From sequence record NC_029316.1: DNA of 64,000 bases; one strand, 5' to 3'. Shown one piece after another: positions 18,601-28,535 of this stretch. The notes beneath the pieces were generated by a model. The model was not told the origin of the DNA and made no database searches. It saw nothing but the letters and a program-made list of their open reading frames with translations. Position numbers and translations under genes: made by a program. The stretch's first letter is position 1, and every line of letters starts with the position of its first letter.

Positions 18601-19288
18601 TCCCGTTAACGTAGATCTGTGATATTGTTATATTACCAGCACTGTTCTCAGTGAGGATTACGGTTTCTGTAAACACTTTACCCATCAAGTTAGGTATAGA
18701 AGAGGAAGAAATTGGTGAAGTTACACCAGATGTGGGAGTTTCATACTGATAATAACCAGACCACTGTATTGCAAGCCAATAATAATTACCACTTTGAACA
18801 TCAGAAGTCGTAGACGGATTTGCCGAGAATATATCAATACCAGGATTATAATCCTGTTCTGGGAACGATGTCACGTGGATGGTGACGTTGATGGTGTTAC
18901 TTACTGGCGAATATCTCCATGCAATATACTGCCCACCATTACTTGCTCCAGTACTATTCACTACTAGTTCACCATTTTCCCAATATGGATAGGTTTTCCA
19001 TGATGTGGACTCCACGTCGTTCACAGTGGGTGTCGTTTGCGGTAGTTGTTGTTCGTATGCGTACAGCTGTCCCGTCAAGTTAGGGTATTGGAAGAAACGT
19101 ATGTTTGAGCCTAGTTGGTTTATCGCTGGTAACGTCGTATTTAAGATGAACGGGTTTGAAGACACACTAATGCTCCCAACATATGCTGAAGCTGAAGGTG
19201 GCGTTTGTGAATTAGTGACAATTGTTGGTGCTAATTCAATTAAGAATAACAGGAATAGGATACCAACCAGTGCTTTCTTCTTGTCCAT
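15641..19288 (-). CDS. Large membrane-anchored beta-rich protein (virion/host-attachment candidate) with three internal domain repeats
   Basis: Signal peptide MDKKKALVGILFLLFLIELA (start 19288); three copies of VESTSW..YPYW.NGELV.NSTGAS..GQYIAW.YSP; Pro/Ser linker; C-terminal TM helices. Confidence 0.8.
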   Translation of the reverse strand: MDKKKALVGILFLLFLIELAPTIVTNSQTPPSASAYVGSISVSSNPFILNTTLPAINQLGSNIRFFQYPNLTGQLYAYEQQLPQTTPTVNDVESTSWKTYPYWENGELVVNSTGASNGGQYIAWRYSPVSNTINVTIHVTSFPEQDYNPGIDIFSANPSTTSDVQSGNYYWLAIQWSGYYQYETPTSGVTSPISSSSIPNLMGKVFTETVILTENSAGNITISQIYVNGTLYSSPDINIPFPWNQIYWIGIRGDINNLFYVSYFSVSPSPYYNDEQFVNNVESTSWKIYPYWQNGELVVNSTGASTYGQYIAWRYSPVSNVINITIHMTSFPSRYGNPGIDILSPNIGDQTSDGDSGFYVLLVDFYGDSIYFHSPTSGFTQLYSSLPQPNPNYPFTMTVIFTENSAGNVTVSTVYINGTAYSVNVNTPFPWKCIGYVGIRGDWNDLFYVSYFSVTQMLDAYSLVTNPTTNTPYTGTVYVAVFPYPISYDVYVSPAPIVNSQSPLPMFSPSFTSTTTLYPVISTNANFGVINIWTTSGSVTVSSGTVIPSIGAWTSVSLSTNTVPNFLVNGTVKSGSVSGNTITLSGLTGTSTVVFPDNFIPSSTAGVTPYNATFNEIKTTASSLTFTVNTQMFESGVPVIGATLGENWYYYGFYSTAGSYNIPLFLTTLAVGNQIYANIPTVESTSWRVYPYWEDGELVINSTGASIYGQYIAWKYSPISNVINITIHVTSFPSRNGNPGIEILSPNVGDQSYDGASGFYVLLVDFYGNSIFYHTPTSGWGQPDSSLPQPNPNYPFTMTVILTENSAGNVTVSTVYINSTAYSVNLNIPFPWSWIGYVGIRGDIGNLFYVSYFGVNSIPLVTQRGATNVNTFYSPYSLNYIINETVVCVCKTKLSSGFNSIVIPGSGFVASSFAYVNTTSKSAVLVILNCPYVIFDATSNGFEIDAPRYSEIVTDTGMPQSGSFIYEDPTIILCSASTFVLPSYITTAPPPPPPSTTSTPPPSSSSSSSCVVIEPNSMKIEYNGSLSLTLDIPTYPEIVKYNNVMYALPFTNSSGAYFYLYDYNTSAKFDVTFKITCNGKTIVDETVPVNSIVKIPVVNSTSTVCISALNETIKFTLCPVQLHNFYCNVKKAVHCALSGTPLAPFGCILVFLFFGSFALSALLRNDLRLMGMGGITYAVFIAPGLLQLGFPSPIIIPTEIVSFVIGVYALWISSK

Positions 19289-19362
19289 AGTCAAAAGATA
19301 TAAATCTGAGCTAAAAAATCTAAAAGTGCTAAAACTATTGCTGGGGTTTAGGGGTTTGGGCT

Positions 19363-20652
19363 TCATAGGATTTCATAATATTTAATATCAATCCTTAGCC
19401 CTTGGGCTTCAACAGAGTCACGGGGAAACCCGTTACCCCTCCGCCCCTTTAGCGGGATAACCCCAACCCACAACCTTGGAATTCCAAGGATGTGGGGAAA
19501 CCCGCACATCTTGAGGTATATGTTGAGAGATGCATTCAATTGCCTATCTAGAGTGAACCCACACCTCTCACACCTAAAAGTCCTGCCGACCTTTCGGGAA
19601 ACCCATCCACATCTGGGGCAGGACTTTGAAGTGAGGTGTGGGTCAACCTCCTTAACGAAAGAACCGTATAAGGGAGCCTTGTATTTAAGCACGCGATGAA
19701 TTGTCCTCCATACAGTCCTTGAAACCTTCTTAGACAGCTTGTCATTAGCGTCTTGGAACATTGACTGTTTATTCAACTTTTCAACAGCAAAAATCGTCAC
19801 AGGATAAATTTCCAGCAACTTATTCACGAACTTGTGAACGTAATCCAACACGCGATTCCTCTCCCTATGAGAGTATTTCCTCATCAACACCTTCCCCTTC
19901 CTACCGTGTTTAGAGGCAAAGGACTGTATTCTACTCCTCTTCAGCTCCATACCGAATTTTAGGCTATACAACTCCTTCATCGAGAAAGTGATGAATTTCT
20001 CCCCATCATAAGCGTCCAATGTGTAAAGGTTACTATCAATAGATAGAAAGTCAAGGGGAGTTGACCAAGGTAACTTATAACGAAATGGTAGGTGAACCTT
20101 ATCCTCCTTTATCACTGGCTCACCCAACTCAAGTCCTTCAACCCTTCTAGAGAACCATTTGTGAGACCAAGAGAAGGTGACGTATTCGTAAGGTCTTACT
20201 GTAATCCTTACGCTCTCACCCTCAACCTTCCTAAGAGTTGACTTAACCCTAACGTAAACCTTCCTCAGTGTTGGTTTCCTCAATGACGCTTGTCCTTTTT
20301 CAGCCCTCCTCCTCCAACTATTCAAGATTGAGTAAGCGTCGCTTATTGCCTTGTCAACATAATGGGAAGCTAGCTTGTTAATCTTCTCTAACTCATCCCT
20401 TAACGTCTTGTAAACCTCCTTCTTCTTAGGCAGGGTTATCTTAATCTTCGTTAGGACTTTCTTACCTTTCTTTACTTCCTTCCTCTCTATCTTAGTCCTC
20501 TCCCATAACCAGTCTAGAGCTTTCTGCAATAGGACTCTGTAATTCTCCAGTAGTATTTTCGTCTCCTCCTTCTTATTATTCTTCAGAGAGTACGTTAGGT
20601 AAACGTATTCCTCTTGTGGTTGAAAGTTATTAAGCCTTAAGTTCTTCAACAC
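19363..20652 (-). CDS. tnpB: TnpB (RNA-guided RuvC protein), IS607 type
   Basis: RuvC-I FLSIDSN, RuvC-II FAVEKL, Zn finger CPRCG..CERCG, RuvC-III region DRQLNASLNI. Confidence 0.92.
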   Translation of the reverse strand: MLKNLRLNNFQPQEEYVYLTYSLKNNKKEETKILLENYRVLLQKALDWLWERTKIERKEVKKGKKVLTKIKITLPKKKEVYKTLRDELEKINKLASHYVDKAISDAYSILNSWRRRAEKGQASLRKPTLRKVYVRVKSTLRKVEGESVRITVRPYEYVTFSWSHKWFSRRVEGLELGEPVIKEDKVHLPFRYKLPWSTPLDFLSIDSNLYTLDAYDGEKFITFSMKELYSLKFGMELKRSRIQSFASKHGRKGKVLMRKYSHRERNRVLDYVHKFVNKLLEIYPVTIFAVEKLNKQSMFQDANDKLSKKVSRTVWRTIHRVLKYKAPLYGSFVKEVDPHLTSKSCPRCGWVSRKVGRTFRCERCGFTLDRQLNASLNIYLKMCGFPHILGIPRLWVGVIPLKGRRGNGFPRDSVEAQGLRIDIKYYEIL

Positions 20653-21214
20653 ACTTCTTCACCTTTTCGTATTTGTGACTCCTCATTCCGTAGAGTTTTC
20701 CACTGAATGATACTAGGATCGAGATCAAATCTTCGATTAGTTCTTGTTCTGGTGTTTTGTCCTCCTTGTTTATCACCACTATCTCGCAGTTGTGTGCTTT
20801 GCATACCTCCTCAAGTATCTCGAAACCGAACCTTACTAATCTGTCGGGATAAGCTACAACGACCTTTGAAACTTCGTTGTTTAGTATCATTTTCAGTAAT
20901 TTGATGAATCCTTTTCTCTTCATGTTTAATCCAGATCCAATGTCTGTTATTACTTGGTCGTAGTCCTTAACATTCTCCTCCAAGTATTTTACTTGGTTTA
21001 TTAAATCATCTTTCTGCGTGTTTGATGATACCCTAGCGTATAATACTACTTTCCTCTTCCTAACAATCCCCATCAGTCTTTCGACGTCTTCTTCCTTGAA
21101 CCTCCATTTCCCGCTCTGTAATATCACGGGTTTTATGTACCCTTTCTTAACGTATTCTCTGAGTGTTGCGTATGAAATTCCTAGTCTTTGGCACACTTCT
21201 TTAGGTCTTAGCAT
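20630..21214 (-). CDS. tnpA: IS607 serine recombinase/transposase
   Basis: MerR-like HTH MLRPKEVCQRLGIS, catalytic VLYARVSS, DIGSGLN, DRLVRFG. Confidence 0.95.
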   Translation of the reverse strand: MLRPKEVCQRLGISYATLREYVKKGYIKPVILQSGKWRFKEEDVERLMGIVRKRKVVLYARVSSNTQKDDLINQVKYLEENVKDYDQVITDIGSGLNMKRKGFIKLLKMILNNEVSKVVVAYPDRLVRFGFEILEEVCKAHNCEIVVINKEDKTPEQELIEDLISILVSFSGKLYGMRSHKYEKVKKCVEELKA

Positions 21215-21364
21215 TGTATGAAATTTTATGACGAAATAATATAAACTTTACGGTTTATCTGAAACTGCTAACAACGGCTTCGATCTGAAGTGCATGGAGC
21301 CTCTTTTCTGAAATCACAGTTGTGATAACAAACTACAAACCTTCGTCCCCTCTAGAGTAAGAAG

Positions 21365-21760
21365 TCAGAACAATTTTTCTAGAATTATGCTCGTAGGTAG
21401 CTCTTTTTTAACTATGTACACTCCAGGCAATGTGGCTTCTTTAGTTCCGAACACTAAACGTAATATATTATTTCCTTCGTTAAGCACGGTAGTTATAGGA
21501 AAAGAAGGGTTTACTAGTACTCTTGTTTTTGAAGTTATTTCTTTATATGGTGATATGGTAATAAATAACGCGTCTGATAGATAAACATTAGTTATTAGCC
21601 CTACTATTGGTAAGTATACCCTAACATATTTTGGCACTTTTTGGAAATATACTGCAACATCAATTCTTTGCTCATTTTTGAAGATTATTCTTTGCTCGTA
21701 TTTTGTTTGCTCGCATATAGGACAAATTACAAACTTTTTTGACCTTATAAAGATACTCAC
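21365..21760 (-). CDS. Hypothetical protein
   Basis: 131-aa ORF coupled to the VWA gene. Confidence 0.65.
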   Translation of the reverse strand: MSIFIRSKKFVICPICEQTKYEQRIIFKNEQRIDVAVYFQKVPKYVRVYLPIVGLITNVYLSDALFITISPYKEITSKTRVLVNPSFPITTVLNEGNNILRLVFGTKEATLPGVYIVKKELPTSIILEKLF

Positions 21761-22854
21761 ATTATTATTTTATTCTTTAGCTCTTTTAAATCATTGACGG
21801 TGACATAAAGACCACCAGTGCTTTTAGTTATTGTAACTAACCTTTCGTTGTAAACCCCGAAGAGCTGTATTACATTGAGTATTATCCTTTTTGCCTTAAG
21901 TTTTGTAATAATGTTCCCGCTTATTTCGTCTAACGCATCGGTTATTAGGAGGACGGAACTTGCAGGTTCGGCTATTTCAATAAATTGTGATAATGAGTAT
22001 TCTATATCAGTGACCCCTTCTGCTTCGATTTTCAGGAATCTTTCTAAAGATTCCTGAGTTTTAAGTTCAATTATTTCCCTTAATGCCTCGTTAAAGAAAC
22101 CTACCCTTACCTTATATTTATTTATCAAAGAATTCTTAACTACTGCAAGTGCTATTGCCTTTGCAGTACTTAATCTGTTAAGTACGGACATGCTCTGTGA
22201 GGAATCTATAAGCACATATACGGATGGGAAACCTTTAGAATATCCTGGATATTTTTTGAACCCGTTGAGTAGCTTATATATTAATATATCATCGTCTATA
22301 AGTGCAAGTGCCTTCTCATTTCTATTTGCATCGTAAAAGTTTTGTGTGAAGTCTAATCCCTCAAAACCTGGGTAAATTCCGTTTATTTTTGTGTTACTAC
22401 CTATGCTTCCTTCTATTATTTTCAACCCTCTAATTATGTCTTTAACGTTAGGTATCTTCTCAAGTTTTTGCGGGCTGATAAAAACTCCAGAATACTTATA
22501 CAGAACATATGCGGTCTTCTTTTGTTCGTGGTATTTGTTTATTACTTCCTGTATTATTTCATACGCGTCTCCCTTCTTTCCTCCTTTCAAACTGAGTATT
22601 ATTAATGCGGATATTCTAATCAGATAATCGTCTGGTAGTTCGCTCTCTAATATAACACGTAGTATTTCTTCATTCTCTCTGAAGAATTCATTTATCTTTT
22701 CAACGAGTTTTTTCCCTTCTTCTGTAACTTCCTTACCTTTTAGTATGAAGAAAACGTCTGCTATAAGTTCTGCAATAGTGTCGTCAATTCTGTACTTACT
22801 CTTTATCATCGATAAAGCTTTCTCCATCTCCTCCTTCTCTACTTTTGTCCACAT
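21757..22854 (-). CDS. von Willebrand factor A domain protein (MoxR partner)
   Basis: MIDAS VLIDSSQSM, AEGVTDI, LLITDA. Confidence 0.85.
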   Translation of the reverse strand: MWTKVEKEEMEKALSMIKSKYRIDDTIAELIADVFFILKGKEVTEEGKKLVEKINEFFRENEEILRVILESELPDDYLIRISALIILSLKGGKKGDAYEIIQEVINKYHEQKKTAYVLYKYSGVFISPQKLEKIPNVKDIIRGLKIIEGSIGSNTKINGIYPGFEGLDFTQNFYDANRNEKALALIDDDILIYKLLNGFKKYPGYSKGFPSVYVLIDSSQSMSVLNRLSTAKAIALAVVKNSLINKYKVRVGFFNEALREIIELKTQESLERFLKIEAEGVTDIEYSLSQFIEIAEPASSVLLITDALDEISGNIITKLKAKRIILNVIQLFGVYNERLVTITKSTGGLYVTVNDLKELKNKIIM

Positions 22855-23791
22855 TTATTCTCTTCCTCGATAAGGACTGTATAAGTGTAATATAGTTTTC
22901 CCTAATAGTATTATAAATATTGTAAATATTGTCTGGTAAATACTTGGAAAATATCCCTTCCCTTGACTTATAAGGTACAACGTTACCGTTTGCGTCAAGT
23001 TCGTTGTACTCAACATAATAACTAACGAAACGGTTTCTGCTAGTTTTTGTATACATTCTGTATCTGCTGTAATCGTAACTGCTAACACCAAGTGCTATCC
23101 CAGTGAACCTGTCTATATCATTAACTTTCGTTAGTATTATTCCTTCCATTCTTTTAATTGTTGAGTTCAACACTGCAATGTCTGTAGGAAGAGTCATAAC
23201 CAATGTCATTATATTGCTCCTTATCAACGTTAATAGGTTAGATGTATGAACGTACAAATCCCTATTTGTAAAGTATACGTTAGTGGAGAACAATAACTGA
23301 GCGTCGTCTATTATATAATAAGGAGACCTCAGTCCATGCTCCTTAAGGAATTCTATAAAATTATTCAACTCTATTGGGTCAATGCCGATATGATACAGGG
23401 TTATAATGTAATTAATGAACCTTTCCTCGACAGGAAGGTTTTCATTCATATCGTTGAGTGCATAGATATTAGCACCAGCCTTAATTGCCAGTACGGACTT
23501 CCCAACTCCTTGACCACCTACTACGACAACTAACCTCTGTACTTGTATCCTCTTTCTATACCCCTGAAAACACATCCTCACAAATGGTGTAAGAGAAGGG
23601 ACTATTTCGCCGTTCTTTGTCACAAACCCAGGAGTGATTAAAATGCTCAACTCACCGCTTCTTAGGGAAGTATAAAGGTAATCCAAATATCTTAACAGTT
23701 TTCCTCCCATCGCGTTCTCATAATCTACATAAAGGAACCCTTTATCAGGGTCTCTGTCTTGAATTACAAAATCTCCGATTTTAACTTCCAT
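22796..23791 (-). CDS. P-loop NTPase
   Basis: Walker A VVVVGGQGVGKS, Walker B YYIIDDAQ. Confidence 0.75.
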   Translation of the reverse strand: MEVKIGDFVIQDRDPDKGFLYVDYENAMGGKLLRYLDYLYTSLRSGELSILITPGFVTKNGEIVPSLTPFVRMCFQGYRKRIQVQRLVVVVGGQGVGKSVLAIKAGANIYALNDMNENLPVEERFINYIITLYHIGIDPIELNNFIEFLKEHGLRSPYYIIDDAQLLFSTNVYFTNRDLYVHTSNLLTLIRSNIMTLVMTLPTDIAVLNSTIKRMEGIILTKVNDIDRFTGIALGVSSYDYSRYRMYTKTSRNRFVSYYVEYNELDANGNVVPYKSREGIFSKYLPDNIYNIYNTIRENYITLIQSLSRKRINVDKSREGGDGESFIDDKE

Positions 23792-24152
23792 AAATATAGT
23801 CGAGTTTCACTTGCATATAAACAGATTTCTCGCCACCCTTACCACTTATCCTTATGTTTACTACAGATATTACAATTGTATAACAAAACGTATGGATCCT
23901 GAGTATCGGTACTTCACCCTTGCATTTAAGCAGGGACTTCAATGCCAACTCCTTCCTATTCTCCTGTATGAACTCTACTCTATAAGCTCTGTCAAAATCA
24001 TGAGGTATAATGTCCTTTAACAGATTCTTTATCTTTTTCCTAATTTTCCTTATTGAGTATACACCATGTTTTGAGAAGCATTTGAGTATGACATAAAATT
24101 GGTTTAAACTAATATTTATTTCACGTATCGATGAGAGTAATTGAGCCTCCAT
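23781..24152 (-). CDS. Basic hypothetical protein
   Basis: 123-aa ORF overlapping the next start. Confidence 0.55.
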   Translation of the reverse strand: MEAQLLSSIREINISLNQFYVILKCFSKHGVYSIRKIRKKIKNLLKDIIPHDFDRAYRVEFIQENRKELALKSLLKCKGEVPILRIHTFCYTIVISVVNIRISGKGGEKSVYMQVKLDYIYGS

Positions 24153-24221
24153 TGTTTAGAAAAGTTATATAGAAGTATATAAGAAGAGCTGGAGTGGAAA
24201 GAAAACACAAAAAATTTACCT

Positions 24222-24713
24222 TTAGAATTTTACGTTGAACTTCTGGAATATTATTCCTACTAATAGGAATATTACAGCTATTATTACTACTGTAAATAGT
24301 ACGTCCTCAACTGTTGGCAAACTGTTTACAGACCCCACTATCCCGTGTACTACTGCAGTGCTTAAGTTATACTGTGCTGATCCTGGAGAGTATGAGGATG
24401 GGTTAATTTCGTTCAGCAATTGTATTCCAAGGAACCCAGAAACGAAGAATACCATGACGAAGATTATTACTAAAGCACCAACAACTACAGCAACTGTTTT
24501 TACAGTCTCTATATGATTCTTTACGTCGCCATTATCTCCACCATTACTGGAATATATAAGTCTCGCTCTTATTGTTGCTAGGTAGTTATGGTACTTGTTG
24601 GCAAACATTGACACCGCTTTGTGTATCATGCTTAGCAGTAAATTATAGTACACTATGTAGATTGCATAGACTATGAATAACACAGGTTTTACCTGATTGC
24701 TTGACCTATTCAT
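24222..24713 (-). CDS. Two-hydrophobic-helix protein, candidate spindle-shell capsid subunit; start uncertain
   Basis: Two long hydrophobic helices joined by a loop with sequon NLS, basic C-terminus. Confidence 0.6.
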   Translation of the reverse strand: MNRSSNQVKPVLFIVYAIYIVYYNLLLSMIHKAVSMFANKYHNYLATIRARLIYSSNGGDNGDVKNHIETVKTVAVVVGALVIIFVMVFFVSGFLGIQLLNEINPSSYSPGSAQYNLSTAVVHGIVGSVNSLPTVEDVLFTVVIIAVIFLLVGIIFQKFNVKF

Positions 24714-24770
24714 TTGCCTTCAGTATGAAAACAAATTCTTCGTTTAAAAATAGATATGCAGTAAACCTCG

Positions 24771-26984
24771 TTAGCGGTTAAGGTATTTTGCAACATATGC
24801 CAAAGCGAAACCGAATACCGCACCAGGTAGCAATGCATAAAACCCAAAAATTAACGAAATTGCTATACTAAGTAAACTCCATATCATTAACCCGTACCAT
24901 AGGACTCCAGTTATGTTATAGTTCCTGTTGATAAGATATATCGCGATACCACCGCCTATATAGTAAATTATTATATCCATAAGCTGGTTTGAATTGATAC
25001 TTATACTGAACGGGTTCTTAATTGGTGGTGGCGTAAGTGATGTACTACTATTAACCTTAGTTGAATTGAGGTTAACTAGTTTGTTAACATAAGGCTGAGA
25101 GGTTTGTATACCGTTGGCATCTATTGTTACTGTCCTACTTGTAGGCGATATTGCTAATACAAACGGCGTATTAGCAGGTATATTCAGCGGGTAGAAGCAC
25201 GAAGACACGATGAATTGCTCCTGGACGTTTTGGTAAACTAAAGTTACTGAGTCACCGTCCATACCCTTCAATATAAGTGAAGAAGAGGAGTTAGAAACAT
25301 GATAACACGACAGTTTACCGTGAGAGTAACAAACTACTAACCCAGGACTTGTTATTCCGTTTATTATTGCGGAACATGCTTGGAACGGAGAAGTGACAGA
25401 GGTCTTTATTATTCCAGATATTTCGTCATATAAGCCAGTTGCTAGAGTGACACCTATCTTACTAATAATGAGAGGAGTATTACTATACGTCACATAGTGA
25501 ATGTACGGAACTACGTTGTAAATCGTATAAGGTGATGCAGAAATGAATTGGGTAACACCGTGATCTGTTACTACTTGAACTAGAAGATACTGCGTGTTTC
25601 CTACTCCTTGTACACCTATAATTACGTCTGCTGGAAAAGTAACATTTCCTAGTGAAGTTAATACAGTGCCGTTAACACATAAATACGCTTTGCCGTTACA
25701 AATGTTAACATAGTATGCACGCACAAAATCGGTGAACCCTATCTTTGCGTCATATTTAATGTTGGAACATGGAGGATAAATTAATATGTCCGAAATACCG
25801 CTACCATAACCTATTACCAAATTATCTTCAGCTATTCCCACATTATTTACCTTATTAGAGACATATATGCATTCAGACGTACCGTTTGAATACGATACAA
25901 TAACCTTACTACCTACTGGTACGCCGAATATTCTCACACATGATGTATTGAACGCACAGTATGCTACAAAGACCTTAGGTTTAGATGAGACCACAACGTC
26001 GCACACCACCTTCCCAAGGTTTACCATTTTTCCGTTCTCGTATGCATAAAAACAATTTCCTTCTATTAATGAGGGCGTAAATATTACGCTTGCTTTACCC
26101 TCTATGCATTGGGAACATGAAGGCTTGCAGTAATATACTGCAATAAGATTGGTAGAAATATTACAGCACGGCTTTTCCGATGGGGATCCTTGAATTACTG
26201 TACCGCATACTATAGTGCATTTACCCTCTTCGCTTATTTTAACAAAGCATGTTAATTTCGTGTATAATTCTGCACTATTTACCTTTACAAACCCGCTCTG
26301 TTCTACATCAAAATTATTGCTTAGTATACAGTTTGTGAATATAGTTTCGTACTTACCAGAGAATATGTAATAAGAAGGTATTTTCACTTTTTGTGATGTC
26401 TGCAAATAATCGAAGAATACCCCAGTACCAGGCTTTACATTAGCTATCTCATAAAAATTATTGGTAGACACTGAGGAAGGAAGGATGTTATACATAAACA
26501 CAACAGAGCTGGAAATATAACGGCTAATAGACGGCTGGAAATAGAGATGCGAATTATTACCCATTGTAAGCAGACCGTCAGCCTGGACATTAGTTGCGTT
26601 CCAAAGTGTGGTGTTTAATATATAGAATGTAAATAGGTTACTAAATACGTTACATGTAACATATTCACTAGTTACTCCAGTTCCATATGTTAGTAGTAGT
26701 GACTCGTTATTCAACCCAGCTATATAGTATACTAAGTATGGCGGATATGTTGAAAACAGGTAGCTATCGACATAGTACCCGCACTGATTTATAACATAAT
26801 ACTGGCTTTGTATATTTGCACTTGGTGGGAGTGGGGCAAATAGTATTATATCGCTACCAGCCAACGATGAAGGGGCATTTACTGTTATTTGTATTTGATA
26901 GCTTACTGCAGTAGAATTTAACGAAAGTAATAGTAGAAATAGGAAAGAGAATAGTATGAGTGAAGAAACTAATTTCTTTAACAT
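24771..26984 (-). CDS. Secreted/membrane-anchored beta-rich structural protein
   Basis: 737 aa; signal peptide, many N-x-S/T sequons, Cys-rich, three C-terminal TM helices. Confidence 0.8.
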   Translation of the reverse strand: MLKKLVSSLILFSFLFLLLLSLNSTAVSYQIQITVNAPSSLAGSDIILFAPLPPSANIQSQYYVINQCGYYVDSYLFSTYPPYLVYYIAGLNNESLLLTYGTGVTSEYVTCNVFSNLFTFYILNTTLWNATNVQADGLLTMGNNSHLYFQPSISRYISSSVVFMYNILPSSVSTNNFYEIANVKPGTGVFFDYLQTSQKVKIPSYYIFSGKYETIFTNCILSNNFDVEQSGFVKVNSAELYTKLTCFVKISEEGKCTIVCGTVIQGSPSEKPCCNISTNLIAVYYCKPSCSQCIEGKASVIFTPSLIEGNCFYAYENGKMVNLGKVVCDVVVSSKPKVFVAYCAFNTSCVRIFGVPVGSKVIVSYSNGTSECIYVSNKVNNVGIAEDNLVIGYGSGISDILIYPPCSNIKYDAKIGFTDFVRAYYVNICNGKAYLCVNGTVLTSLGNVTFPADVIIGVQGVGNTQYLLVQVVTDHGVTQFISASPYTIYNVVPYIHYVTYSNTPLIISKIGVTLATGLYDEISGIIKTSVTSPFQACSAIINGITSPGLVVCYSHGKLSCYHVSNSSSSLILKGMDGDSVTLVYQNVQEQFIVSSCFYPLNIPANTPFVLAISPTSRTVTIDANGIQTSQPYVNKLVNLNSTKVNSSTSLTPPPIKNPFSISINSNQLMDIIIYYIGGGIAIYLINRNYNITGVLWYGLMIWSLLSIAISLIFGFYALLPGAVFGFALAYVAKYLNR

Positions 26985-27031
26985 AAGCTAATGAGAGAAA
27001 TAGAGGAAATAAAGATGTTGTAAAAAATAGG

Positions 27032-27547
<516 letters not shown>

Positions 27548-27573
27548 TTACGCCCCCTAACCCCTTTCTACAA

Positions 27574-27921
27574 TTAGGGGTTCTTCTTATTCAAGAATAA
27601 CGCAGACAACACAATAGATATGCCTATCAAGACACCAAGCGTGATAGGGTTTCTAAAGATGCACGCAATATAAACGAAGAACGAACCAGCGAGGTATTGA
27701 GGTTGATTGTATGAACCGTTAATGTAATATATACTTATGTTTCCTTCTGATAGAACGTTAATACTCTGGTTATCGTCCTTTGCTATAAGCGTTGTTACGT
27801 TGTTTAATGAATTAGTGGAAGCAGATATAGAAAAACTGAAGAACATTGCTAAAGGTACTATAATAAGTCCCGCTAAGATTAGTATAAACACAATCGTCGT
27901 AGTGCTGTATGGTGGTGTCAT
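27574..27921 (-). CDS. Small two-TM glycoprotein-like protein
   Basis: MTPPYSTTTIVFILILAG..., several sequons, C-terminal TM; upstream part of the track ORF overlaps the opposite-strand gene. Confidence 0.6.
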   Translation of the reverse strand: MTPPYSTTTIVFILILAGLIIVPLAMFFSFSISASTNSLNNVTTLIAKDDNQSINVLSEGNISIYYINGSYNQPQYLAGSFFVYIACIFRNPITLGVLIGISIVLSALFLNKKNP

Positions 27922-27961
27922 AAATACTATATTTATAATGTAATATATTAACCTATTATCC

Positions 27962-28510
27962 ATGGCAAAAGAGAAGGATGAAGAAAAAGATGAGAAAACT
28001 GCAGACGAAATATTCAAGCTTATTACAATCGATCCAGTGCAGACCCAACAACTGTATAATAACGCAAACCAAGACAATATACCACCAGATATTTATGATA
28101 CAGAAATAAGGACTACATCTGAAGATGTAGTAAACCTTGCAAAATACATTATGAAAAGCATTACAGAACAATTTAAACAATACGATATAAAATATTCCGT
28201 CACACCGAGTAGTATAGATGAGGCGTTCAAAAGACTTCTCACGTCGGCTGTGAATAATTATATGGCACTAAACTCATCAATAATGACTTATTATCAAGCA
28301 AACATTAGGAAAGCGATTAGAGAGAAGAACATTAGTGACGTTTTGATGTACATGGAGAAGATGAAAAAAATAACTATTGCAATTTTAATGTCTATTCATA
28401 TGACAATAAACGAGATAATGGGTATAATAGGAATAAATCTACCGTTAGAGATTACATCACAATTGTATAAACATACTGTACTTGGGATAGATCACATAGA
28501 AGCTAAGTGA
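27962..28510 (+). CDS. Helical hypothetical protein
   Basis: 182-aa ORF, TATA-like TTTATAAT upstream. Confidence 0.75.
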   Translation: MAKEKDEEKDEKTADEIFKLITIDPVQTQQLYNNANQDNIPPDIYDTEIRTTSEDVVNLAKYIMKSITEQFKQYDIKYSVTPSSIDEAFKRLLTSAVNNYMALNSSIMTYYQANIRKAIREKNISDVLMYMEKMKKITIAILMSIHMTINEIMGIIGINLPLEITSQLYKHTVLGIDHIEAK

Positions 28511-28535
28511 AGACTACGGTCTCAGGTGTCAAAAG

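Larger units (their letters stand above)
19351..21277 (-). mobile_element. IS607-family insertion sequence (ISC1904/ISC1913-like); ends approximate
   Basis: Overlapping tnpA + tnpB; ends placed at GG dinucleotides (GGGGTTTGGGCTT at 19351; ACAACGG ending 21277). Confidence 0.85.
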
